Positions 1-7,924 of a DNA stretch of 32,000 bases are shown in pieces. The stretch is taken from the NCBI GenBank assembly GCA_965250005.1, contig OZ252279.1:810001-842000 (forward strand), read 5' to 3'. The position numbers were made by a program, and so were the translations under genes. The DNA is from Demequinaceae bacterium (lineage in GTDB: Bacteria; Actinomycetota; Actinomycetes; Actinomycetales; Demequinaceae). How positions within the stretch are numbered: the first letter of the stretch is position 1; every line of letters starts with the position of its first letter. The notes under the pieces are model-generated. The model saw only the letters and a list, made by a program, of their open reading frames with translations. It made no database searches and was not told where the DNA came from.

Positions 1-3000
1 GCCGCAGGCCGCGCGATTGCTACGGTGCTCCCTGACGGCGGCCGTACTGAGACCGCGCGCGACGCCCTGGGACGCGAGATCGCCACCACCGACGCCCTGG
101 GCAACACCACCAGCGTGACGTACGACGCTCTCGGCCGCGCGACCATCGTGGTTGACGCCGCCGGTTTCTCCACGACCGCAACCTACGACGCGGGCGGCAA
201 CCGCCTGTCAACGACGGACGCCCGCGGCGGGATCACCGCGTTCGTGTACGACGTGATGAACAGGCTCGTGTCAACCACCAACGCCGAAGGCGAAACCCGC
301 ACACAGTCCTACGACGCAGCGGGCAACGTCACGGATGGGGTCGACGCGCTGGGCGTGGCGACGCACTTCACATATGACGTGCGGAACCTGCTGACCGAGA
401 CAATCGAGAACTACTTGCCGGCCGAGCCGTCGAGCGAGTCGGTCAACGTGACGACGTCGGTGAGCTACGACGCCCGCGGCGACGCGGTGGCGACCGTAGA
501 CCCGCGCGGCAACGCCACGACGTATGTGCGCGACGCGCTTGGCCGCGTGGCGGCAGAAACGGACGCACTCGGCCAGACCAGCGTCGTCGGCTTCGACGCG
601 CTTGGCCGCCCGTCCGTGGTGACCGCACCTGATGGCTCGGTGACGGCGACCACCTACTCGCCCGACGGCTACCCCGTTGAGATCGCGTTCCCCGATCAGA
701 CCGTGACATCCGAATTCGACGCGCTGGGCAACCGAACGTCCATGACCGACGCGCTCGGAACGTCTTCCTGGACGTACGACTGGGCCTCACGGGTCACCGT
801 CGCCGTGGACGCGCTAGGCCAGAAGAACACGAACCAATACGACCTCGCAGGCAACCAAACCCGCGTGACATATGATGACGGCCGCTCGCTGCTGCGCACG
901 TTCGATGCACGCAACCTAGCCGTCACGCAGGCTGATGCTGACGACATCACATCCTTTGATTACGATCAGGCCGGTGCGCTGGTAGGTATTTCGCGCCCGT
1001 CGGGTGTGGAGACCGCCATCGACCGCGACCTACTAGGCCGGGTGACGGCGATTGTTCACACCGGTGAAGGCGTCGTGGGCAACACGCTTCCTAGTGGTGA
1101 GGTGAATCCGTCGTCGATGGCTCCGGGTAATGCGTATGGGCATTGCAAGGACAACGGGAATGGCCACCCGAACCAGCAGCCTGCGGGTTGTTCGACGCAA
1201 GCTCTGACGTTCGAGTACGAGTACGACGCGCGTGGTCTGGTGGATGAGCGGGAGCTGTCCACGGATGAGGCGACCACGCTCACGGATTACACGCATGATG
1301 CGCTTGGGCGTCTGACGGAGTCTGTCACCGGTGACTATGTGGCCACGTATGGGTGGGATGCGGCGTCGAACTTGGTGTTTGAGTCGGTGTCTGAGGATCT
1401 GTCGACGAACAAGAAGGGTGATGGGTACACGGTCACCTGGACCGTCAACGCGATCAACCAGCTCACGCAGTCGGTGATGGATCCGTCGGCGATGCCGGCG
1501 AACAAGACGGAAACGACGGCGTTCTCTTATGACGCGCGCGGCAACCGCACGCAGGCGTTGACGACCACGACGTCGGGCAACAAGACGCACACGGTCAGCG
1601 ACATCCAGTACTCGTATGACGGTCGCGATTTGGTCAGTTCTGTGACCGGTGGTGACACGGATGTGGCGTATGCGCGTGACGGCGTGGGCCGTGCTCTTGA
1701 GGTGTCCGAGGATGGTGACACCCGCACCCGCCTGTATGACGGGCTAGCGATCGTGCGTGATGGTGACACTCAGCTGACGCGCGGTCCGGGTGGTGCGGTG
1801 TTGTTTGAGGCCACGATGGTGACGTCGGGCAAGGGCAAGAAGGCGACGACCTCGATCCAGACGGTGGATGTGCTGGCGGACCTGCTGGGTTCGGCTGTCA
1901 CGACCGCCACGGATGGCGTGATTTCTGCGGACCTGGCGCTGTTTGGAGACTTTGGTGACCTACTGACAGACACCTCCCTGGACACCGTCACTGGGTTTAC
2001 CGGTCAAGTCGATACGGCAGGGTTGCTCGAGTTTGCGTCTCGGTCCTATGACATTGGTTCTCGGGTGTGGGTCCAGGATGACCGCTACCGGGGCACGGTC
2101 ACCCGTGCGTCGTCCCTGAACCGGTACGCCTACGTGGAGGGTGCCCCGGAAACATATGTGGATGTCCTTGGCTTCTTTAGGGCTGCGGCTGCGTTGCGAG
2201 CACAACAGCTGGCGGTATTGAACGCACAACTCCAGTCTGCCCTGGGTTCTCTAGACAGCCTGTATGGATTCGCGATCCAAAACGGGCAGGGCATGTCAGC
2301 CGATGACATGATGCGCGCCTACAACAATCTGGCTGCGGGTCTGGATCCAGCGGTCAAGGGCGTGCTGGACCCGATCGTCGGCAAGCTCGCGACGGGCGTC
2401 AAGACATTTCATTTGCGACAAGCGATTGCGACGATGAAGCAGAAGTTGGCTGAAAATGCCTATGAGAAGGAAAAGGCGCGGGCCGTGGCGGAGTTCCGGG
2501 CCCAAATGGATCTCCAAATCGAAGCACTGTATGCGCAGGCGCCCGGCGGTAACCCCAACACGGTGCACGAAGATAGGGGCTTCGTGGGCAATCGGTTGGA
2601 AGCCCTCAAAGGTCATGTGGGTGCCGCAAAAGACATGGTCGTGGACCTGGCGGTGACTGCGATCGACTTCAACATCATCATGCTGAACCCGGAACTGGCC
2701 GTCCTTACGGGCAGCCTGGACCGCTCGAACCAGCAAATCGACGCGTTCCAGGCTGGGATCGAAGAGAACGGTTGGGGCGACACGCTCAACATGACCCTCA
2801 ACCCGGTCTATCACTTGATCAACGGGAGCGTTTCGACCCTCGATTCGTTCAACACTGGCGACTTCCACGGTGTGGGCGAGGGTGTGTTCCAGATGCAAAT
2901 GGCTTTCGCGGAAACCGCGCTCGTCGTGGTGCCAGGCGCAGGATTGATCGTCGCTGGAGGTGTCAAGGTCGCTGCGCTTGCGGGCCGCGCCACCAACTCG

Positions 3001-3495
3001 CTGACAACCCTCACCACCCGAATCGCCGCTACCGCCCGCGCCTCAGGCCTCGCAGCAGACGCCGGCGCCATCCAACTCCCCGGACGCGCCGCATCAGCCG
3101 CTGATGCTGCGCTAACTGAAGCCGTCACGGCCAAGGCAGTCGCGGGTGCCGAAGTCGCGGTCGTCGACACGGCCGCAGCAAGTCGGCCCGCCGCGCTCGT
3201 AACTGAGACCTACGCTCCAAAGCCACTCAAGCCGAGCGAGGCCGTCGCGCGTTGGGACGAGTTCTTGGGGGACGGCCCAACGACGAACATTCATCCGAGG
3301 ACTGGTGTTCCAGATCCGAACCGTATTGTGTCTGCGGACGGGCTAAGAAGCATCCGTTTTGGTGAGCATGAAATGGGTAGCTCTCCCACGAAGTTTCATT
3401 TCCACGAGGAAACGTGGAGATTCGATGCGGCTACCAACACGTGGCAAGTCGATAATGTAGTGGTTCGAGTTCCCTTCCCGAGAGGCTCCTGGTAA
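1..3495 (+). CDS. RHS/YD-repeat polymorphic toxin protein, 5' end outside window
   Basis: Frame 1 is open from the window edge (AAGRAIATVLPDGG...) and joins ORF 25..3495. Many YD-type repeats (YDALGRATIVVDAAGFSTTATYDAGGNRL, YDVRNLLTETIENY, YDARGDAVATVD). RHS core end (YDIGSRVWVQDDRYRGTVTRASSLNRYAYVEGAPETYVDVLGFF), then a divergent C-terminal region. Confidence 0.93.
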   Translation, partial: AAGRAIATVLPDGGRTETARDALGREIATTDALGNTTSVTYDALGRATIVVDAAGFSTTATYDAGGNRLSTTDARGGITAFVYDVMNRLVSTTNAEGETRTQSYDAAGNVTDGVDALGVATHFTYDVRNLLTETIENYLPAEPSSESVNVTTSVSYDARGDAVATVDPRGNATTYVRDALGRVAAETDALGQTSVVGFDALGRPSVVTAPDGSVTATTYSPDGYPVEIAFPDQTVTSEFDALGNRTSMTDALGTSSWTYDWASRVTVAVDALGQKNTNQYDLAGNQTRVTYDDGRSLLRTFDARNLAVTQADADDITSFDYDQAGALVGISRPSGVETAIDRDLLGRVTAIVHTGEGVVGNTLPSGEVNPSSMAPGNAYGHCKDNGNGHPNQQPAGCSTQALTFEYEYDARGLVDERELSTDEATTLTDYTHDALGRLTESVTGDYVATYGWDAASNLVFESVSEDLSTNKKGDGYTVTWTVNAINQLTQSVMDPSAMPANKTETTAFSYDARGNRTQALTTTTSGNKTHTVSDIQYSYDGRDLVSSVTGGDTDVAYARDGVGRALEVSEDGDTRTRLYDGLAIVRDGDTQLTRGPGGAVLFEATMVTSGKGKKATTSIQTVDVLADLLGSAVTTATDGVISADLALFGDFGDLLTDTSLDTVTGFTGQVDTAGLLEFASRSYDIGSRVWVQDDRYRGTVTRASSLNRYAYVEGAPETYVDVLGFFRAAAALRAQQLAVLNAQLQSALGSLDSLYGFAIQNGQGMSADDMMRAYNNLAAGLDPAVKGVLDPIVGKLATGVKTFHLRQAIATMKQKLAENAYEKEKARAVAEFRAQMDLQIEALYAQAPGGNPNTVHEDRGFVGNRLEALKGHVGAAKDMVVDLAVTAIDFNIIMLNPELAVLTGSLDRSNQQIDAFQAGIEENGWGDTLNMTLNPVYHLINGSVSTLDSFNTGDFHGVGEGVFQMQMAFAETALVVVPGAGLIVAGGVKVAALAGRATNSLTTLTTRIAATARASGLAADAGAIQLPGRAASAADAALTEAVTAKAVAGAEVAVVDTAAASRPAALVTETYAPKPLKPSEAVARWDEFLGDGPTTNIHPRTGVPDPNRIVSADGLRSIRFGEHEMGSSPTKFHFHEETWRFDAATNTWQVDNVVVRVPFPRGSW

Positions 3496-3875
3496 TGAAG
3501 GTTGAATTGCAGCGCGAAGCCCCCAGTGACGGCTCGAGGATCCGGATTGCTAACGACGCTGTTGCCGGTGGCGCGCGCTGGAAAGGCGCCGGAACAGCTG
3601 ACACAATCGTTGACATAGAACTCGAAATACCGGGCGTGATCCAGTGGGCTGCAATTGTCGTGGACGCCGGGCCTTCGCACCTCGAAAACCCGAGCGAAGG
3701 GGAATTGCGAATCGTTGGTGTTGCGAGTGATTTGGGCCCAGATGGCTTGCTGATTATGACGGTTCCAGGCGGCGTAATCCTTGTTGAGACATCGGGAGCG
3801 GCACCCAGTGGAATCATTGGAAGAATCATTGGGATAACCGCGCATGACGCGCGCGTGTACTCGACTGGTGTGTGA
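3495..3875 (+). CDS. Candidate cognate immunity protein (126 aa, hypothetical)
   Basis: ATG overlaps the TAA stop of the RHS gene (TAATG), implying translational coupling. Small soluble-looking ORF directly downstream of a polymorphic toxin C-terminus. Confidence 0.65.
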   Translation: MKVELQREAPSDGSRIRIANDAVAGGARWKGAGTADTIVDIELEIPGVIQWAAIVVDAGPSHLENPSEGELRIVGVASDLGPDGLLIMTVPGGVILVETSGAAPSGIIGRIIGITAHDARVYSTGV

Positions 3876-4057
3876 CTCTCCAGATTGGCGACGCGGCCTT
3901 GGGCAATGCACTCCCAGCGATCGAACGCAGCGGTCCTCGATGGCGCCGGGAGGCAACGCCTCGTCCTCGAGGAGTCTTTTGCGCGGCTGTGGGCAATGTG
4001 GCGCTGCCGTTGCTATGGCTGACAGAAGCGGAGGTTTGAGCCAGGTTGCCCGAGATT

Positions 4058-4390
4058 ATGAAGTTCATTTCAGCGTTCATGGGTTATCTCTGGCGTGACG
4101 CGGACTTCCAACTCGGCGAATCGGCGGTTTCGACCGTCAACGGTGGCAACGCACATTTGGTAGTCGAGTCGCCCGATCTTCGAATGCGTTTTGTGCTCGA
4201 TCGGTCTCAAATGCTGCTCGAGTTCCAGCCGCGCCTGGATCGTTCGTCGGAAACTTGGTTCGATGTCGATCTGGTTCATCGTGTGATCGATGGGCCTCGC
4301 GACGGTCCCAACCTGTTGGACGAGTACTACGCCAGCTTTGTCGGAAGCAATCTTGACGCGATCAGGGCGCTCTTCGCGCGGGACGCTTAG
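4058..4390 (+). CDS. Small hypothetical protein, possible orphan immunity protein (MKFISAFMGYLWRDADFQLGESAVSTV...)
   Basis: Supplied ORF 4046..4390; internal ATG (MKFIS...) is a more natural start. Acidic, small, same strand, directly downstream of the toxin/immunity pair. Confidence 0.5.
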   Translation: MKFISAFMGYLWRDADFQLGESAVSTVNGGNAHLVVESPDLRMRFVLDRSQMLLEFQPRLDRSSETWFDVDLVHRVIDGPRDGPNLLDEYYASFVGSNLDAIRALFARDA

Positions 4391-4468
4391 TCAACCTCGC
4401 GAGTCGCTCTGCGCGCGGCAGGCAGCGCACGCGCCAAGGAACTCTTCGGGTCGGAGTAACGCTGCGAT

Positions 4469-5056
4469 ATGGCATGCAGCCTTGCGAGCGAATTTCGACA
4501 AAATGGGGCGTCTCCCGTCAGGGGCCGGTGTAGGCCCGATAGGTTGACCATCGTGGATGACGCACCAATGACGCGGCATCAGGTCCCTCGCGGAAGCAGG
4601 GCTGATGGCGAGTCAAATCGCGAGTTGTTGTTGGTGAAGAACGTCTCTCGAATGCGGTTGACCTATCAGGTGCGCCCACTAACGTTTCGCGCAACGCAGG
4701 AGCAGAAGCGGCTGAAGCCGGACCTTGCGCTGGCAACCGCAGTTGGAGACTTCGAAGACCACTGGTTCCTCGAAATCGATCTAGCAACGGAGTCGATTCC
4801 CGCCGTCATCCGCAAGTGCGCCGTCTACCAGTCATACAAGGCTTCCGGCCTCGAGCAGGCCCTGCTCGGGCTGTTTCCGGCCGTTGTGTGGCTCGTCGCG
4901 GACCAACACCGCCGTGAGCGCCTGAAGGCCGCCATCGGGGCGGACAAGCGCCTAGACGGGCGCGTATTTCGGGTCGTCGAACCAACTACGATGCTGCGCC
5001 TCGCAGGCCTGCCCGATGACACGAATCACGGCAATAGGGGTGGCGAAATTAGGTGA
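4469..5056 (+). pseudogene. Replication-relaxation-like protein, C-terminal fragment (probable remnant)
   Basis: KPDLALATAVGDFEDHWFLEIDLATESIPAVIRKCAVYQSYKASGLEQALLGLFPAVVWLVADQHRRERLKAAI resembles the C-terminal half of actinobacterial replication-relaxation proteins. The preceding residues do not look like the expected N-terminal winged-helix region. Confidence 0.55.
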
Positions 5057-5168
5057 CGACAAACGTCTGGACTCGTCGGGCCAAGAGAGTTATCTTCAAG
5101 AGGCTCCATGTCCCAATTGCGACGATTTGGCGAGCCCATCGGTCGCCCTGGGGTGGAAGGAGGAAGTC

Positions 5169-6992
5169 ATGGAAACACCCATAGAGCAACAGGCACGGCC
5201 TCTCGCCGTGACCTACCTGCGTGTCTCGACACGCGAGCAAGCCGAACGCGATGGCGATCCGGAGGGCTATTCGATTCCCGCCCAACGAGAAGCGAACCAG
5301 CGCAAGGCCGAAGCGATGGGCGTCGACATTGTCGGTGAGTTTGTGGATCGCGGAGAATCGGCACGCTCCGCCGACCGACCCGAACTCAAGCGAATGCTTC
5401 ACTTCGTAGGCGAAAACCCCGTCGACTACTGCATCGTCCACAAGGTCGATCGGCTCGCTCGTAACCGGGCCGATGACGTTGAAATCAATATGGCGCTGCG
5501 CGCCGCAGGCGTGCAACTAGTCTCTGCCACCGAAAACATCGACGAAACACCATCAGGCACGCTGCTGCACGGCATCATGAGTTCCATCGCTGAGTTCTAC
5601 TCCCGCAACCTCGCCGCCGAAGTCTCTAAGGGCATGTCCCAGAAGGCCAAAGCAGGCGGCACGGTCACCCGTGCGCCACTGGGCTACCGCAACGTCCACT
5701 CGACTGACGACCAAGGCCGCGAAACCAGACCCGTCGAAATCGACCAGGAACGTGCACCGCTCGTGGCGTGGGCATTCGAACGCTACGCCGAAGGCGACAT
5801 CACACTCAACGAACTCACCGACCAGATGAACGCTCGCGGTCTCACCACCGCGCCCACGGCCACCCGTGCCTCTAAGCCGATCCTGGTCACCCAGTTGCAG
5901 AAGATCCTCAAGAACCCCTACTACAAGGGCGTCGTCGTCTACCGTGGTGCGACCTACCCGGGCAGGCACGAACCACTGGTCAGCGCGGCCCTGTGGGAGA
6001 TAGTTCAAAGCGCACTCGCCACACGGCAGAACGGTGAAAAGGTCCGACGCCACCACCACTACCTCAAGAGTTCCATCTTCTGCGGCTCCTGTAAGAGCAG
6101 GCTCATCGTCCAGCACTCCACCAACCGGCACGGCAACACCTACGAATACTTCGTCTGCCTCGGACGCCACCAGAAACGCACCAACTGCCAGATGTCCGCA
6201 GTATCGATCAACCAAGTCGAAATGCACGTCGTTGACTACTACAAGTCACTCGCCCTGCCACCGGAACTGCGCGAGACGCTCCAAACCGCGCTAACCGAGG
6301 AACTCGAACAATTCACCTCTGAATCAAAGGTGGAGAAGCGAGAACTGGAGCGTCAGCAACGCACTCTGGAAGACAAGCGCAAGAAACTGTTAGAAGCGCA
6401 CTACGCGTCCGCGATCCCGCTCGACCTATTCAAATCCGAGCAAGCGAGCATCGCCCGCACCATGGCCACCATAGGCGAGCGGCTCGAGTCGTTCGACGCC
6501 ACCGCGACAGAGCTCGCAGACTACCTGGATGCCGCTCTCTCGCTTGCACAGGACTGCTACGAGGCCTACCGCCGCGGCACCCCCGGACAGCGACGGATGA
6601 TCAACCAGGCGATGTTCGAGCGGCTCTACATCCACGACTCCGCTGACGCTGACGGCGTACTCGCCGAGCCATTCAACGCACTACTCGACGCCGAAACGCT
6701 CGCTATCGCGAGCACCCACGACTCCGCGAAGCCCGCATTAGAGAATCGAAAAACCCGGCTGTCCCGTGACGGAGAGAACCGGGTTCATCGACTTGGTCAG
6801 GGTTCTAAAGAACCCGTCATGGTGGAGCTGAGGGGACTCGAACCCCTGACCCCCTGCATGCCATGCAGGTGCGCTACCAACTGCGCCACAGCCCCGCGAC
6901 CTTGCGGTCACTTGCCCCGGAGGGCGAGTGCCATAGTACCGAACCGCAGCGGGAACCGCCTAATCACTTCCCGCGTTGTGCCGCTCAAGTGA
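5169..6992 (+). CDS. Large serine recombinase/integrase with recombinase domain, zinc ribbon and coiled coil
   Basis: AAGGAGG at ~5157 precedes ATG 5169 (METPIEQQARPLAVTYLRVSTREQ...). Catalytic-type motif YLRVST, NPYYKGVVVYRGATYPGRHEPLVSAALWE, Cys motif FCGSCKSRL...FVCLGRHQKRTNC, then a Glu/Lys-rich coiled coil. The C-terminal ~57 residues are read from the tRNA region. Confidence 0.93.
   Translation: METPIEQQARPLAVTYLRVSTREQAERDGDPEGYSIPAQREANQRKAEAMGVDIVGEFVDRGESARSADRPELKRMLHFVGENPVDYCIVHKVDRLARNRADDVEINMALRAAGVQLVSATENIDETPSGTLLHGIMSSIAEFYSRNLAAEVSKGMSQKAKAGGTVTRAPLGYRNVHSTDDQGRETRPVEIDQERAPLVAWAFERYAEGDITLNELTDQMNARGLTTAPTATRASKPILVTQLQKILKNPYYKGVVVYRGATYPGRHEPLVSAALWEIVQSALATRQNGEKVRRHHHYLKSSIFCGSCKSRLIVQHSTNRHGNTYEYFVCLGRHQKRTNCQMSAVSINQVEMHVVDYYKSLALPPELRETLQTALTEELEQFTSESKVEKRELERQQRTLEDKRKKLLEAHYASAIPLDLFKSEQASIARTMATIGERLESFDATATELADYLDAALSLAQDCYEAYRRGTPGQRRMINQAMFERLYIHDSADADGVLAEPFNALLDAETLAIASTHDSAKPALENRKTRLSRDGENRVHRLGQGSKEPVMVELRGLEPLTPCMPCRCATNCATAPRPCGHLPRRASAIVPNRSGNRLITSRVVPLK
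6820..6895 (-). tRNA. tRNA-Ala (anticodon GGC)
   Basis: Minus strand: GGGGCTGTGGCGCAGTTGGTAGCGCACCTGCATGGCATGCAGGGGGTCAGGGGTTCGAGTCCCCTCAGCTCCACCA. Acceptor, anticodon and T stems pair, loop ATGGCAT gives GGC, and CCA is encoded. Confidence 0.96.
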
Positions 6993-7565
6993 CCACCGTC
7001 CCCCGAGCCGCTGAACGAGCTCGCTCCAACGGGTATTGTCGAGGTTCGCGATTGCGCGCCGCTCCGGAGCAATACCAAGCAGCGCGTGGATTCCCACCCG
7101 GATTGCACTCCCGTGACTCACGACAACGAGGCCGCCGGGGGCCGACGCGGCGTGCTCCTCTATCGCCGCCGCGACGCGCCGCGCGAGCGGGCCGTTCCCC
7201 TCAATACCTTCCACCTGGGCCTCGCCGTGCAGGCTCCACCGTTCGACGGCCTCAGGGTATCTCTCCTTACGCTCGCTCAGCGTGAGGCCCTCCCACGGCC
7301 CGTACTCACGCTCGGCCAATCGTGGGTCGAGCGTCACATCGGCGGCGCCCAGGGCGTCGGCGATGGTCCGTGCGGTGTCGGCAGCTCTCGCCAAGGGCGA
7401 CGCGAATACAACCGACTGGACAGGCACGATGGCCTTGAGTTCGGCCGCGACGCGCTCCGCCTGGTCTCGGCCAGCGGCATTGAGCGGGATGTCCGTGGCA
7501 CCCTGGAGTCGGCCACTGGCGTTCCAGTCAGTCTGACCGTGACGGACCAGGTACAGGTACGTCAC
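6960..7565 (-). CDS. Histidine phosphatase family protein (phosphoglycerate mutase-like)
   Basis: MTYLYLVRHGQTDWNASGRLQGATDIPLNAAG... with RHG motif, FASPLARAADTA and VVVSHGSAIR. Confidence 0.93.
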   Translation of the reverse strand: MTYLYLVRHGQTDWNASGRLQGATDIPLNAAGRDQAERVAAELKAIVPVQSVVFASPLARAADTARTIADALGAADVTLDPRLAEREYGPWEGLTLSERKERYPEAVERWSLHGEAQVEGIEGNGPLARRVAAAIEEHAASAPGGLVVVSHGSAIRVGIHALLGIAPERRAIANLDNTRWSELVQRLGGRWSLERHNAGSD

Positions 7566-7924
7566 GAGGCTTCAGTAAGCGGCACTGTGGGGCAGTCTTT
7601 CCATAGCCTCTCGAGCTCGTAGTACGCGCGATCCTCCTGATGCATCACGTGAACCACGAGGTCATTGAAATCAAGAAGCGCCCAGCGACCGCGGCGGACG
7701 CCTTCGCGCCGGAGTGCCTTCGAGCCGCTTTCGGCCAAGTCATCTCCGATGCGCTCGGCGATCGCCGTTACCTGCCGCTCGCTGGACCCCGACGCGATGA
7801 GAAAGACGTCCGCGAGAGCGAGCTGACCGCTCACGTCTAGCGCGATCAGGTTCTCAGCCTTCACATCTGCCGCTGAGCGGGCGGCGGCCACCGTCAACGC
7901 GACCGCGCGCTCGGATGCGGTCAA
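7562..7924 (-). CDS. rsfS: Ribosome silencing factor RsfS
   Basis: AARSAADVKAENLIALDVSGQLALADVFLIASGSSERQVTAIAERI...RREGVRRGRWALLDFNDLVVHVMHQEDRAYYELERLW. TTG start at 7924 follows a GGGGGGAGG-type RBS; the supplied ORF extends to 8002. Confidence 0.92.
   Translation of the reverse strand: MTASERAVALTVAAARSAADVKAENLIALDVSGQLALADVFLIASGSSERQVTAIAERIGDDLAESGSKALRREGVRRGRWALLDFNDLVVHVMHQEDRAYYELERLWKDCPTVPLTEAS

Noticed and set aside
25-2160. Apparent DNA repeats across the RHS gene
   Set aside because: Explained by protein-level YD repeats (recurring GAC GCG CTG GGC / TAC GAC codons); not a CRISPR or separate repeat array.
6824-6992. C-terminal extension of the recombinase as a functional domain
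   Set aside because: Its sequence is the antisense translation of tRNA-Ala and its upstream region, so it is an artefact of read-through rather than an evolved domain.
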